From an uncultured virus (IMG/VR IMGVR_UViG_3300034122_000710) (taxonomy: Duplodnaviria > Heunggongvirae > Uroviricota > Caudoviricetes), in the IMG/VR virus record IMGVR_UViG_3300034122_000710: a DNA stretch of 64,000 nt; one strand, written 5' to 3'. The first letter of the stretch is position 1; each line of letters starts with the position of its first letter. Below, one piece after another: positions 51,101 through 60,137 of the stretch. The notes beneath the pieces were generated by a model that had not been told where the DNA came from, ran no database searches, and worked only from the letters and a program-made list of their open reading frames with translations. A program made the position numbers and the translations under genes.

Positions 51101-53586
51101 TTTCTTTGTTCGTCAACAGGGCGAATGATCTCTACCGTAACTTCGCTGCCGTCTTCCAAGCGCGCAGGATAGGAAATCTTTGCTTCTTCCCCGCTTTTGG
51201 CAATTACATATCCTGGCGTAGTGGCACCAGTCGTGTATGTAACGCCCGGTTTGAACGCGCCGGGAACCTGCTCTAGTTCTGCAACCTCACGGTCTTTCTC
51301 AGGGAGCGAACGCTCCATCCGGCTCAGGAACTCGTACGCCTCGTCCGACAGTTTGTTACTGGCCATCGCCCGGGTGAGGCGCTCTTGCAGGTCTTCGCGG
51401 GTAACTTCACGCGCAGCAGGCTCAGCCTCACCAAACAGACGGAACTCGCCCTTGGCGCGGCGGGCTTCGCCCGTGGGCTTGAGGACGTTGCGCGGGACAA
51501 GCCCCTGCTCCCCGAGATCGGTGGTGATGTCGAACAGCCTGCGGTTGACCTCTTTGCCAAGCGCGTTCTGTGCACGCTGAAGCTGATCGGCGCGGCGCTC
51601 AAGGCGAACCTTCTCGTCGCCTTCAGCAGTCTTGGCCTTCTCCTGCACATCGCGCAGGAGTGCCGTCGCGCGGTCGTAGCGCATGGTGGCCGGAGCCATT
51701 GAAAGCTGCTGCGTCAGACTGGCCATCACGCGGTTCTGCTGCGCAGGCTCCGTCGCTGCCATCATCCTATCGATGAGGTCTTCGGCTTCCTTTGGCAGCG
51801 CAAACTCAGGACGGGGGACAACATCGCCCATGCTGCGCTGGAAGCCCGCAACGTCTTGCTGCGGGGCAGTGCTGGCCTCAAAAGCCAAGCGAGCTTGTTC
51901 TTGTTGTGCCGTGCGTGCAGCCGCTTTCTCTTGGCGTTCTGCCTCGTCAGCCTTCTTCTGCTCTTCAAGTGCGTCGAGTTGCAGCTTCAACCCACCAAGA
52001 ATTGCGTTGCTCTCACGCTTCTTAAGACCGGGAATTGGCTCGTTCGCTTCTACAAGCGCCTTCGCCATAGCCGGGTCTTGCATCAGGTAGGCCACATAGA
52101 ACGCAGGGCGCTCATTGGCTTCTCTTGAGTCTACGTACGCCTGTTCGTTTGCAAGATTGATGCGCGACTGTGCGTACGTCAATGCCGGTGAGGGGGGTAG
52201 CCCGAAGTCTTCTTCGCCCGTAAACACCCGCTGTTGTGCGAGGGGGGACGTAAGGTCAACACCGGCCTGCTCCATCTGGTATTCCAGAGGGCTGAGCGCA
52301 GCAATACGCTTTTGTTCGTCGGTCAGTTCAGGCGGCTTCGGCGGTGCCGGGGGCACAAGCGACTTAACTCGGTTGTACTCGGGCGCCTGTTCCTTCAGTT
52401 GCGTCGCCAGTTCGTTGCGGCGCTTCTTCTGGGCCTCATAGGTTTGCTTCTCAGCAAACGAAGCGCCGGGAGGCAGCTTCTGCTTGAGCAGGTCGCCAAG
52501 GTCGTTGTACTCTTTCTGCAGCGCGTCATGCTGCTGCATGAAGTTGATCGCGTACTCAGGGGTCTGCTTCTCCGCCGCAGCCTTTTCTTCGGCCAGACGC
52601 TCCTGCTCGCGCTGCTCTTTCAGCGCCTTGCCACGCTCAAGTTCTTCCCTGACCTCGACCCGCTCACGGGCTGCACCGCGCTCGGCCACACGACCGGCAG
52701 CACCGATAGGCGCAAGCAGACTGGTCTGGTACGCCGTCTCACCATACTCCTTGAGCGCGTCTTCGCTGAGCAGCGGCAGTCCTGCCTGCACACGCTCCAG
52801 CATCTGCTGCGTGACTTCGGTGGGGATTTCGGCCAGTGCGCCAACCGCCGTGCCCTTGGTCAGCGTCTTGAGCAGCGTCTCTTTGGCGAGCTTTTCAGCG
52901 CCTTCTTCAGCGCCTTTCTCCAGCATCTTGGCAACACCGGGGCCCAGCGCCTTACCGGCCAGAGTGCGGCCTAGCGGAACAAAGGTAGCAGCGACGTCCA
53001 GGGCGGCTTGCGGAGCGGCTGCACCATAGGCAGCAGCACGGCTGATGGGTTGGCCCTCAGCGGCTTGGCGCTGAATGTTCCCTCCAGCCTGTTGGAAGAA
53101 CGATGGCGCAACAGCACCGGCAATACCGCCAACAATAGCCCCCGGGACACCAAACGGTGCACCGGCCATAGCACCCAGGCGCGCGCTTGCGAGCGTGGTG
53201 GCGATATTGGGCGCCTGCTCAGCCAAGGCATAAGGCACTTGGCTAATGACCTCTCCGGCAGCGGGCAGCAGGCCGCGCTCTTGGTAGGCTTTCTTGACCC
53301 GGTCAAGGCTGACCTGCTCAGCGTAGCGGCGCTGAATGTCTTCTTCCCGAAGACGCGCTTCTCTTGCCGCCTCCTCGGGGGCGACGACGCCTTTGACACC
53401 TGCGCGCAAGGCGCTCAGTGCAGACTCTGCACCTTTGCCGACAGCGGCAAGAACGCCTTCTGAGGGCTTGGGCTGCTGCGCGATCTGCTGCTTGACTACA
53501 GCAATGATCTGTTCTTCGGAAGCGCCTGCTGGCCCCTCCACATCGTAAATTCTCCCGTCCGGGCCTTGTACGCTGTAAATGGGCAT
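45124..53586 (-). CDS. Giant internal virion/ejection protein (2820 aa) with HExxH motif and LPD38-like C-terminus
   Basis: Y.VQGPDGR.Y.VEGP N-terminus, hydrophobic G/A-rich helices, long coiled region, FIHEGVHAA, NF.KRG...PFFNA.VQG...RIPIPFEIG..FK. Confidence 0.85.
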   Translation of the reverse strand: MPIYSVQGPDGRIYDVEGPAGASEEQIIAVVKQQIAQQPKPSEGVLAAVGKGAESALSALRAGVKGVVAPEEAAREARLREEDIQRRYAEQVSLDRVKKAYQERGLLPAAGEVISQVPYALAEQAPNIATTLASARLGAMAGAPFGVPGAIVGGIAGAVAPSFFQQAGGNIQRQAAEGQPISRAAAYGAAAPQAALDVAATFVPLGRTLAGKALGPGVAKMLEKGAEEGAEKLAKETLLKTLTKGTAVGALAEIPTEVTQQMLERVQAGLPLLSEDALKEYGETAYQTSLLAPIGAAGRVAERGAARERVEVREELERGKALKEQREQERLAEEKAAAEKQTPEYAINFMQQHDALQKEYNDLGDLLKQKLPPGASFAEKQTYEAQKKRRNELATQLKEQAPEYNRVKSLVPPAPPKPPELTDEQKRIAALSPLEYQMEQAGVDLTSPLAQQRVFTGEEDFGLPPSPALTYAQSRINLANEQAYVDSREANERPAFYVAYLMQDPAMAKALVEANEPIPGLKKRESNAILGGLKLQLDALEEQKKADEAERQEKAAARTAQQEQARLAFEASTAPQQDVAGFQRSMGDVVPRPEFALPKEAEDLIDRMMAATEPAQQNRVMASLTQQLSMAPATMRYDRATALLRDVQEKAKTAEGDEKVRLERRADQLQRAQNALGKEVNRRLFDITTDLGEQGLVPRNVLKPTGEARRAKGEFRLFGEAEPAAREVTREDLQERLTRAMASNKLSDEAYEFLSRMERSLPEKDREVAELEQVPGAFKPGVTYTTGATTPGYVIAKSGEEAKISYPARLEDGSEVTVEIIRPVDEQRNIKPDVADVRVRQGKELPLVNLGKQGKQTDEQILKMLVDIEQIANVTRPKKITPEGEAAAPTRSLFRLLDEQLRRIESGEEGMARPGAGRKTTLQAFPAEGRADVAATESATAEDIIKQALYQQKVNAGMKPEQARAESFADFEEGRVPENLRKMAQAKAAVTKRPARDFTPTRVEGDQLVPGTLRGPSTKALPLSLQAELEPFVEQAERGREGEMGQTSLFPEEQAKIVTERATPGRFQRFLDSAEADRLRKQFEPDAKKLGRARNQLDELNEKIAKLNAVIADIEAVRAEMLPATQIRALKKELSALESLEIPETATVSGTTGITDRIAAIREYLKVAEEQQAKLRAAEKQFGSAGLDPDSLRRELANVQENFGSVLTAVARQGELGAALVELKIPRNQASDFIDKFNISDKDKSLLKEQLVAEEGKTAVGKHINALTQQFDAIGAALARVDAIARLTNAELKAYQYESQEAVDRAALAAAKKELRSAQAAASKLTKEIGSIEGRTAAQEAAARRAANAADRAKADLKRTEGYLAQQAALERQQKAPEGVDRFGQPLRSMAYDPITDAQRAARDDDTPTILADEMRQVRGNPQQVLKGYRAYITTITKALKEAYDKARAQTVEGVKERAPYEAALRAYSAAKTSQARANLMPIVNALEKAYNDAVTNALNARVMPKGLVGYQAALSEMLRREAWLKGLVDRGEVEVAEPPKPRKRKTEAELKEIQDVLNQKELAEAAAREGAPKLDITATTKSEIEKERKPKGTRYSSKGVGQETAITTEAARIKREKQALLKKTPTAKEKARLAELTLVEQARDKQERKEPLTELEQMLLTDYRRSRKPTKESEVERQRREEEGEEELTSEELAEKALEQERAEFDAEEVADTGILKTGTEDLDALFDKPDTLQQLAATASQGPALKEDVDSEKSAAVVAANVADTGSTEIARAVADRLKLLLGNTRVEIVKDLRDPDGQAAYGQAAADGSFIRLDAKYGLNERTFIHEGVHAATERVIQMPEDQLTDDQRRAKRELEELFEAYKKLRGATNANAKTSLSEFASEALSDDVMQAEMRQQKWTLRHMWDSFKSALLRLLGIKTPENMLEATLAAVDNLMTKVPRPTQADNALLAPKMLNRPRNLNPALAEADAFGRSIVAGNQSWWQPIRAKSSGLAMETGLVDRFAGFERLSKYMDKLKGTQMMYYLRMYDQRMNFTAQSVANGALDVREVQRRDGEREFIVESQTGPSLRQVATTLKGAARLVGDVDATSRLFTLYLAAKRAERVGFDKLDLRDPKITEQKLRDTVAQVRSVEGLQDIFDNARDIYNQYNENLVRFAQKAGVLSKKDADALLASKDYIPWYRERNGVAELALGGLTPIKLGNVKDMPHLQELVGGDKPILDFMISSVQNTNMMVDLALRNLATRNAMFELLDLGMAKITSKPVDGPEVVRFKHNGEDRYAVLETDTVEVGGKKVNTGVNADILVKGMEGIPLQTTGILRAVTIPTQLLRRAVTLNPLYMVRQLMRDSLAASIASGADFPPVLGALREIESSAKGTLERRGITGGQMFTGTQEDLSKIMRDLVGGRSALTKTLGALEWAGMEADALTRRAQYNSYIKQGMSEMEATLLSLESMNFNKRGASPSVHMANSLYPFFNAQVQGLNVLYRAMFGQITAGERARIKAKLITRGAMLMAATLAYAHAMQDDEAYKNALPAEKYGNWFIRLPGVSEPLRIPIPFEIGYIFKALPEALYNTIVNERGGEQAKEALLGILRNTIPGGSAYFIPQAMKPAIEVMTNYSMFTERPLLSAKEQALLPEYQYREKTTELAKLFGGAAGVSPIKLEALISGYFSTMGMALLQAASLPIPTKDTPEKATKRLSDMPVVGSAFQPNDARWVINSTYDALDDSRKVQSSFNELVNRGDKAEARALLDARANEYARAELAGYYRQEMGELTQVEAAIRASNKTPDEKRALLDRIQQVKIKLSSMVRDASDAAKLREM

Positions 53587-53604
53587 TGCTGCGCTTCCTA
53601 ATTG

Positions 53605-55701
53605 TTAGGGGTTACGTACCCCCAAAACTCTAAACCCGGTTGTATCAACGGACGCCCCGGTGGGTTTAGATGATACTCCACCAGGGGCTTCCAGGCCAAG
53701 CGCCGCAAAGGTCTGCCGCAAAATTTCGTCGTACTTAGCCTTGCGCTGTTCCTCGGTCATCTCCAACTTCTGCAGGGCCGACAGACCCTTCTCCCAGTTG
53801 GCAAACGCCACGTTGGCTTGCTGCAGTGCAGCAGTCTTGCCTCGGGTACCTTCCTCGTACATCGACGCCTTGCCCTCGGCTTCGCGCGTGAGAGCCGCAC
53901 GGTATTTCTCTTCAGACAACGCCTTGGCTTCCTCGCGCTCGACCTTCTCGCGCTCCTTGCGTGCGGCCAGAGCACCAAGACCCGCGCGTCCTGCAGAACC
54001 CAAAAACCCGGCAAACCCTTCTCCGCTTCGGCCCGGATCAGCCATCATGCGCAGGCCGATTTCAATCAAGTCGTCGTTCGTAAACCCTTTGCGGTCTTTC
54101 TTGGGAAGCTCTTCCTTGGCGGTAGCAATCGCTTCTTTCTTGACGTCCTTGGGCAAGTCTTCGCGCTTGATGGGTGCGGGGTAATTCCGGCCTTCGTTGC
54201 TGTAACTGGCCTGCTCAAGCATCGTGGGCAGCGCTGTACGCCCGGATTCACCTTCGCTTGCAACCGCAGCAGCGGTAAGGTTCTTGGCGGTTTGCGCCGC
54301 AGCAACCCTCGGCGACGCCACAGTAGCTGCCCGGGCAGCTTCCCGCGCACGTTCTGCCTGCTGAAGAAGCTGAATGCGCTCAGCCGCTGACGGGGCCTTG
54401 GCTGCTTGCTCGGCAAGACGCTCTGCCATAACTGCCTGCGAAACCGTTTGCGCTTCACCAGACATGGCGCCTGCCATACGCGCAGCCTCTGCGGCGTCTT
54501 CTGCGGCTTTGGTATTCCTACCAGCGGCAGCGGCAACTTGCATAGCCTGAATCTCTTCCGGCGTGAGCGTGCGTGCAGCAGACGGCGAGCCAAAGAATCG
54601 ACGCGTGCCTTCGTACAGCCGCTGAATACCAGAGGCTTCGCCTGCTGCTTTGCCCGGAGCGGTCACCGCTGCCATAGGCGTGGGTGCCATCAGGATGTTG
54701 CCAAGGTTACGCTTGGTTTCCTCGGACATACCGAGACTGGAGCCCATCCGGCTAAAGAAGCCTTCGGGCACGGCAGGCGGCGCCTGAACCGCTTGGCCAG
54801 GGATTTGCGCACCGGAAACCGCTTGTGCAGAAGCCGCCTGTGCAGCCTGGGCCGATCCAACGGGAACCAAACTGGTGAGCGTAGCGGCCAACTTCTTGCC
54901 ATAGTCCGGGTCAGTGGCGTACGTGCCAATCCTGCCAGAAGACAAACCTTCTGTGAATGCGCCAAGATCGCGACCTGCGCCGACAGCGTTGGGGAAGTTG
55001 CGCTTAACCAAGCTCGTGTAGTCCCGCGCAAAATCTTCAGGCGACTTGTAACTCTTGTAGGCAGCTTCGCTGCCTTCCAATTTGTCAAAGGCTTTTTTGC
55101 CCTTGCCGGTCACGTCCTTGATGTTGCCCAGGTTGTATTGACCAATCGTCTTGGTGCCCCAGCCAGACTCAAGGCCCCACTGAGACAGGATGATGTCAGG
55201 ATCAACGCCAAGCTCAGTGCCGACCTTTTCTGCCACGTCGCGGTACTGCTCGACAAAGCGAGACTTAACGTCCCCGCCCTTTTGGTACCGCGCCACCCCA
55301 CCATCGGCCATGCGCACGACAGGCTCACTGCGCTGAGTGAAGTCAAACATGCCGCCGCGAGAGAACGAGTCCTCTGCGCTATCGGCTACACCACCTTCGG
55401 CGTAGCCTGCAATCCCGCCGTCAGCCATGCCCTCCATGTTGGGTGCCTGCAACCCGGCGATGCCCGGTGCGGGCTGCGGAGGGGTACCCATCGCAGCAAG
55501 CGCTTTATCGACCACCTTGGGCTGAGGCTGTGCCATCTGAGCTTGCGCAGCTTGGCGCATCTTTTTGCGCGAAGTGTCCTCAGAGATGACCATCGGCAAG
55601 ATATATGGGTCATTCTTGTACATCTGCGCCATGCGTTGCAGTGCCTGATCCGGCATCATGCGCAGTTGCTCAGTGAGTTGATTGACGTTCAGCATGATCA
55701 A
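53605..55701 (-). CDS. Internal virion protein with FlgJ/GH73-like muramidase domain
   Basis: ILSQWGLESGWG...NLGNIK...Y.S..D...DY...YATDPDY.KKL; five [MFY]xxGG motifs N-terminal to it. Confidence 0.8.
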   Translation of the reverse strand: MIMLNVNQLTEQLRMMPDQALQRMAQMYKNDPYILPMVISEDTSRKKMRQAAQAQMAQPQPKVVDKALAAMGTPPQPAPGIAGLQAPNMEGMADGGIAGYAEGGVADSAEDSFSRGGMFDFTQRSEPVVRMADGGVARYQKGGDVKSRFVEQYRDVAEKVGTELGVDPDIILSQWGLESGWGTKTIGQYNLGNIKDVTGKGKKAFDKLEGSEAAYKSYKSPEDFARDYTSLVKRNFPNAVGAGRDLGAFTEGLSSGRIGTYATDPDYGKKLAATLTSLVPVGSAQAAQAASAQAVSGAQIPGQAVQAPPAVPEGFFSRMGSSLGMSEETKRNLGNILMAPTPMAAVTAPGKAAGEASGIQRLYEGTRRFFGSPSAARTLTPEEIQAMQVAAAAGRNTKAAEDAAEAARMAGAMSGEAQTVSQAVMAERLAEQAAKAPSAAERIQLLQQAERAREAARAATVASPRVAAAQTAKNLTAAAVASEGESGRTALPTMLEQASYSNEGRNYPAPIKREDLPKDVKKEAIATAKEELPKKDRKGFTNDDLIEIGLRMMADPGRSGEGFAGFLGSAGRAGLGALAARKEREKVEREEAKALSEEKYRAALTREAEGKASMYEEGTRGKTAALQQANVAFANWEKGLSALQKLEMTEEQRKAKYDEILRQTFAALGLEAPGGVSSKPTGASVDTTGFRVLGVRNP

Positions 55702-57854
55702 CGACCCATGTTATAGATAGCCAACTCATTCAGGCCAGCAGGACGGCCAACCATCCCCCCACCCGCAAATAAGCCAAGTCCTCTAGCCGCAATACCAGCG
55801 CCCGCAACTTGACCAAGCATTGAGGGTGGTTGCTGATAAATAGCCGCGCCGGTTTGCGACAAAGGTGATCCGCGCAGGATGTCAGACATGAAGCCCAGTT
55901 GCTTGTACGGTTGGTTCTGGTAGTTCAGGAAATCTTGGTACTGGTTGTTCAGAATGTTCTGAGCCTGCTGCTGTTGCTGCGTGCCCAACTGACTCTGAAG
56001 GTTTGTTGCAGCCAACTGCTGACCAAACTGCGCCTGACCCAAGTTGCCCAACTGTTGAGCACCTGTCATCGCCGTCTGCAAACCCTGTAGACCTAAACCT
56101 GCGCCAAACTGGGCTGACTGCTCGTTGAGTTGCTGTGCGGCCTGACCGTACTGAGCGCCCAGTCCTGCGGCCTGCATGGCTTGACCGAACCCAAACTGCT
56201 TAGACTGCTCAGCCAACTGCTGTGCATTCATCGCTGCCTGTTGGTTCGCCAGTTGCGCTTGGAGGTCTTGCTGAGCGCCCAGTTGCTGCGTGCCCAGCGC
56301 GGCACCCAGGTTTTGCTGACCGATGGTCAACCCTGCTTGCTGATTCGCCAATGCAGCCTGCATCGCCTGCTGTGCCGTCATGCCCTGCGCTTGCAGTTGT
56401 GCAGCTTGGTTCTGCACTGCGGCCTGTTGAGCAGCGTTGAGGTTGGCAAGCGATGTTTGCAGACCCGTCTGCACACCCAACTGTTGGGCTTGCATCTGTG
56501 CTTGTTGGTTCTGCAAAGCAGCCTGCTGCTGCGCTTGCTGATTGGCGAGTGCCGTCTGCTGTGCCATCTGTGCAGACATGCCAGACGCCTGAAGAGCGTT
56601 GGCTGCATTCTGCACGTTCGACTGCTGCTGCGCCTGATGATTGGCCAGTGCCACTTGCATGGCGTTCTGCGCCGTCATGCCCTGCGCCTGTAGGCGATTG
56701 GCTTCGTTCTGCACCCGAGACTGCTGCTCGTTGGTCAGGTTAGCCATCTCAACCTGCAACTTCTGGCCAGCGCCCAACTGCTGCACCCCAAGCGCAGCGG
56801 CAAGGTTCTGAATGCCCGTGGTCAGACCGGCCTGTTGATTGGCCTGTGCCGCAGCGAGTTTGGCCTGTTGCTCAGCGTTGAACTGCTGTTGCGCCATCTC
56901 GTACGCAGACTGCAAGCCCTTGGCTTGAATGTCGCTCTTGAGCGTGCCCAGGTTGCGTGCGGCCTCAGCTTCTTCAATCGCTTGCCGCGCACCACCAAAC
57001 GCGCCTGCCTTGGCGTATCGAGCACTGCGGCTCTCGCGGGCAATGTCAGCCTGCCGGGTTGCTTCACGCTGCTGGATGTCCAACACGTTCTGCATGTACG
57101 GCGACATATACATGGACGCGGTCTGCGGACCAACAAACGATCCGGCCTGCACGCGCTCGTACGGCCCCATCTGGAAGGTCTGCAAGTCAGGCCGATACTG
57201 GCTTTGCGCGGCTTGAATAGCGCGAGACTCGATGGCAGACGGTGCGCCCTCAACCTTGGCGGCTTGGATTCGCTCAGCAGTAACCGTGGGTGCAGCAGCG
57301 GCAAGTGAGGCTTGCATCTCAGCAGCCCGCACCTCCGGCGCGTACGTTGTTTGCGCCGCCTGCATCTGCGGAGCCGTGAGTTCGCGGTAGCCGACATCCT
57401 TAACCGGACCCATCTCATAACGGGTGAGGTCGCGGGTACTGACGCCCGGACGCTCAAACGACGACGGCTGAAACTGCTCAGGCGCAACAAACTGATTGGT
57501 TGCTTGCCCGGGGGTATAACCGTAGCCCAGTGCGCGTTGTGCGGCCAGACCGGCGATACCAGAGGCGTCTGCAAGTTGACCTGCCGGAGCCAAGATACCG
57601 GCCTGCGCCATCGCTTGCTGTTGCAGCGGAGAGAACTGAGCAACACGTTCGCCTTGGTACTGTTGGTACGGTTGGAAGCCCTTGATCTTGGGCATCCCAG
57701 AGGCGTCCATGACGATGTTGCCCTGCGCGTCCCGCTCATACTGGAAGACGCTGCCTTCCATCGCGCCGAGCATGCGCTCGGCGTAGGGGGCGATCTGCGG
57801 GGCAAACCCGGTCTGGTACTGGGTAACTTGCGTTGGGGTAGGGGCAGTAGCCAT
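55698..57854 (-). CDS. Q/A-rich DNA ejection (pilot-like) protein
   Basis: YQGERVAQFSPLQ, YMSPY.QNV, GAFGG.R; many ALANQQA repeats. Confidence 0.8.
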   Translation of the reverse strand: MATAPTPTQVTQYQTGFAPQIAPYAERMLGAMEGSVFQYERDAQGNIVMDASGMPKIKGFQPYQQYQGERVAQFSPLQQQAMAQAGILAPAGQLADASGIAGLAAQRALGYGYTPGQATNQFVAPEQFQPSSFERPGVSTRDLTRYEMGPVKDVGYRELTAPQMQAAQTTYAPEVRAAEMQASLAAAAPTVTAERIQAAKVEGAPSAIESRAIQAAQSQYRPDLQTFQMGPYERVQAGSFVGPQTASMYMSPYMQNVLDIQQREATRQADIARESRSARYAKAGAFGGARQAIEEAEAARNLGTLKSDIQAKGLQSAYEMAQQQFNAEQQAKLAAAQANQQAGLTTGIQNLAAALGVQQLGAGQKLQVEMANLTNEQQSRVQNEANRLQAQGMTAQNAMQVALANHQAQQQSNVQNAANALQASGMSAQMAQQTALANQQAQQQAALQNQQAQMQAQQLGVQTGLQTSLANLNAAQQAAVQNQAAQLQAQGMTAQQAMQAALANQQAGLTIGQQNLGAALGTQQLGAQQDLQAQLANQQAAMNAQQLAEQSKQFGFGQAMQAAGLGAQYGQAAQQLNEQSAQFGAGLGLQGLQTAMTGAQQLGNLGQAQFGQQLAATNLQSQLGTQQQQQAQNILNNQYQDFLNYQNQPYKQLGFMSDILRGSPLSQTGAAIYQQPPSMLGQVAGAGIAARGLGLFAGGGMVGRPAGLNELAIYNMGR

Positions 57855-57863
57855 GATGCTTCC

Positions 57864-60107
57864 TTATGCGGGCAGGTACTTGTCGGCGCGGGTGTTCTTA
57901 GCCACCTTGCCCTTACCAGTTGTTTTAGCGCGTGCGCGTTGCACACGATCCATCATTGCGTAGAGCTTACGTGCTCCGGCCTCAGTTGAGCCGTTGCCGA
58001 TCTCAGAAACAATCCTTGCCGGAATCACAAACTCACCATCGGCAAGCCGCGCGGGTTGACGGTTTCCAATCGTAGCGGGGATGCTGTCAGATACGCCGTC
58101 ACCGGGGCCGCGAAGCAAGCGCCCGCCATCGGAGTAACCGCCCAGATTGAATTGGCCACCGCGTGCTGCACCGGCAGCAGCGACATCGGCAAGACCGCCT
58201 CTGCGCATACCGGCCATCATCGCCTTTTCGTCTTCGGTGTATTGATCACCGCTGCCGACATCGTAGTCATAAGCGGCGGGGTCGTACGTACTGACATCAA
58301 CCTGACGCTCGGGCAGGCGATTTATGGTGCGGTCCTCAACGGGCACCTTGCTTGCATCCTGCGTACCAAAGAGGAAGTCGGTAATAGGCGTGCCGGTACC
58401 AGAGGTGTTGGTGGTTGAAAAAGGCGGATTGAAGCTGTAGTTTCTGACGCCCGCAGCAATGGCTGCGGCAGCATTGGCGTAAGGAGCGCCGTTCGGCCCG
58501 TACACAATACCTGTGCCACCCGTTGTGCCACCCGTTGTACCACCAGCCTGTTCCGTTCCACCAGAGCCGGGGGCCACGCGAGGCGTAGGCGTAAAGCCGC
58601 CCGCGTCGTCAAACGTACCTTGCCGTCCATAGAACCCAGGCTGCACCATGCCAACCGACTCGGCATAGGGCTTCATGATGGGGCCACCGCCGGGAATGAC
58701 CGGATTGAGCGGGTATGCACCCTGACCCATTAGGTAGTCATAAGCAGCCTTGCTGCCGCCCGTGACCGTGGGTTTGAAGTCTTTAAGGGTGGGCATCTCA
58801 ACCGTGCCCTTGTACTCCTTGCGGATATCGGCAATCGTTTCGCCAGTCTGTGTGGCTTTGCCGGGGGTTCCCAAATCAGGCGCGACATACTTCGGAATGG
58901 TGATATCACCACCGTAGATTTTGTCTTCGCCTTTGTAGCCTGGGATTGTTTCTTTGCCGATGGGAGACACCACAATAGGCTGTCCGCCACCCACTTGCGT
59001 AGAGGTGCCAGAGGTAACACCGCCACCCGTGACTGGGCCTGGAGTTGTTGGGAACTTCTTCTCGTAGTAGTACGGGTCTTTGTCGTACTCCTTCATGACG
59101 CGGAAGTAGTCACCCTCAGTGAACTTGGTGCCCAATGCCTTGTTCCAGAACTCTGTTGCCTGCGTGGGGTTCATGTTGGTCTTTGACGTGATGTAGTCAA
59201 GACCGCGCTGGGTGGCAACTCCGTGATCTGCGCCACCTTCGTAGATCATCTGCTTAAACTCTTCGGGCGACAAAGGCTTAGAGGCTCCGCCCGCAGCAAG
59301 CGCCACGATACCGCCACTCGCGCCGCCAGGAGGTTGCTGATAACCCGTAGCGGAAATCATCGGCAACTGCTCAAGCGTCTGGCCATACTGATTGAACGCC
59401 ATCGGGCGGATGCGGAAAGGATAGGGCGTTGCACCTGCACCGGGCATTCCAGTAGCAGTAGGCACCATCGCATCAGCCATGATCGGGGCTGCTGCCATCA
59501 TGGCGGGTTTTGCAATCGCACCCAAGCCACCGAACATCCCACCCGGCGCATTTTTAAGCGCGGTAAAGCTGCCCGCTGCCTGATCCATGAACGGCTTAGC
59601 GGCAAAGTCAGCGTAGGCTTTAGTGGCGGCTTGCTGTGCGGCTTCACTAGTTACAGGAAACGCCATGCCCGCATCAGCAGCAGCATTTAATTTAGCAACG
59701 GCATCCCCCGCCGCTGCCGTAGCGCCTGCGCTGCTACCACCTACCAAAGCCCCGGCAAGCTCCGAGCCGCCATAAGCGCCCAGACCGGCCATGATGCCCT
59801 TCTGAAGACTGCCCGTAGCCAAGCCGGTGATGCCACCAACGGTTGCTGCCGCGCCAAGCGAACTCATGATGCCGAACCCGGCGGGGCCAAGCGCGAAGCC
59901 CGCCACCATCGGGAGCACCGACTTGAGCAGACTCTTGAGACTGAAGGCTTCCGGCAGGCCCGTTTCCGGGTTGATGGTCAGTGCGCCGCCTTGAGACAGT
60001 GCAAGTGCATGCAGCCCTTGGACTTCTTCGGGGGACATGTGCACCAGCATCGTGTCGCCGTTGCGACCCTTGGATGCCATGTGATCGGCTAGTACGGCAA
60101 GGCTCAT
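57864..60107 (-). CDS. Internal virion protein with C-terminal GPGDG.SDSIPA...GEFV domain
   Basis: GR.GDTMLVHM...INPETGLPEAF N-terminus; hydrophobic G-rich segment; C-terminal domain resembles tape-measure C-termini. Confidence 0.8.
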   Translation of the reverse strand: MSLAVLADHMASKGRNGDTMLVHMSPEEVQGLHALALSQGGALTINPETGLPEAFSLKSLLKSVLPMVAGFALGPAGFGIMSSLGAAATVGGITGLATGSLQKGIMAGLGAYGGSELAGALVGGSSAGATAAAGDAVAKLNAAADAGMAFPVTSEAAQQAATKAYADFAAKPFMDQAAGSFTALKNAPGGMFGGLGAIAKPAMMAAAPIMADAMVPTATGMPGAGATPYPFRIRPMAFNQYGQTLEQLPMISATGYQQPPGGASGGIVALAAGGASKPLSPEEFKQMIYEGGADHGVATQRGLDYITSKTNMNPTQATEFWNKALGTKFTEGDYFRVMKEYDKDPYYYEKKFPTTPGPVTGGGVTSGTSTQVGGGQPIVVSPIGKETIPGYKGEDKIYGGDITIPKYVAPDLGTPGKATQTGETIADIRKEYKGTVEMPTLKDFKPTVTGGSKAAYDYLMGQGAYPLNPVIPGGGPIMKPYAESVGMVQPGFYGRQGTFDDAGGFTPTPRVAPGSGGTEQAGGTTGGTTGGTGIVYGPNGAPYANAAAAIAAGVRNYSFNPPFSTTNTSGTGTPITDFLFGTQDASKVPVEDRTINRLPERQVDVSTYDPAAYDYDVGSGDQYTEDEKAMMAGMRRGGLADVAAAGAARGGQFNLGGYSDGGRLLRGPGDGVSDSIPATIGNRQPARLADGEFVIPARIVSEIGNGSTEAGARKLYAMMDRVQRARAKTTGKGKVAKNTRADKYLPA

Positions 60108-60137
60108 GTGCGCCCCTTGGATATGGTTTGAGTCATT

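Noticed and set aside
45094..57989. Long plus-strand ORFs (e.g. 45094-46365, 46762-47985, 54406-55716) and similar ones opposite portal and polymerase
   Set aside because: Antisense shadows of GC-rich coding genes, with no RBS or recognisable motifs.
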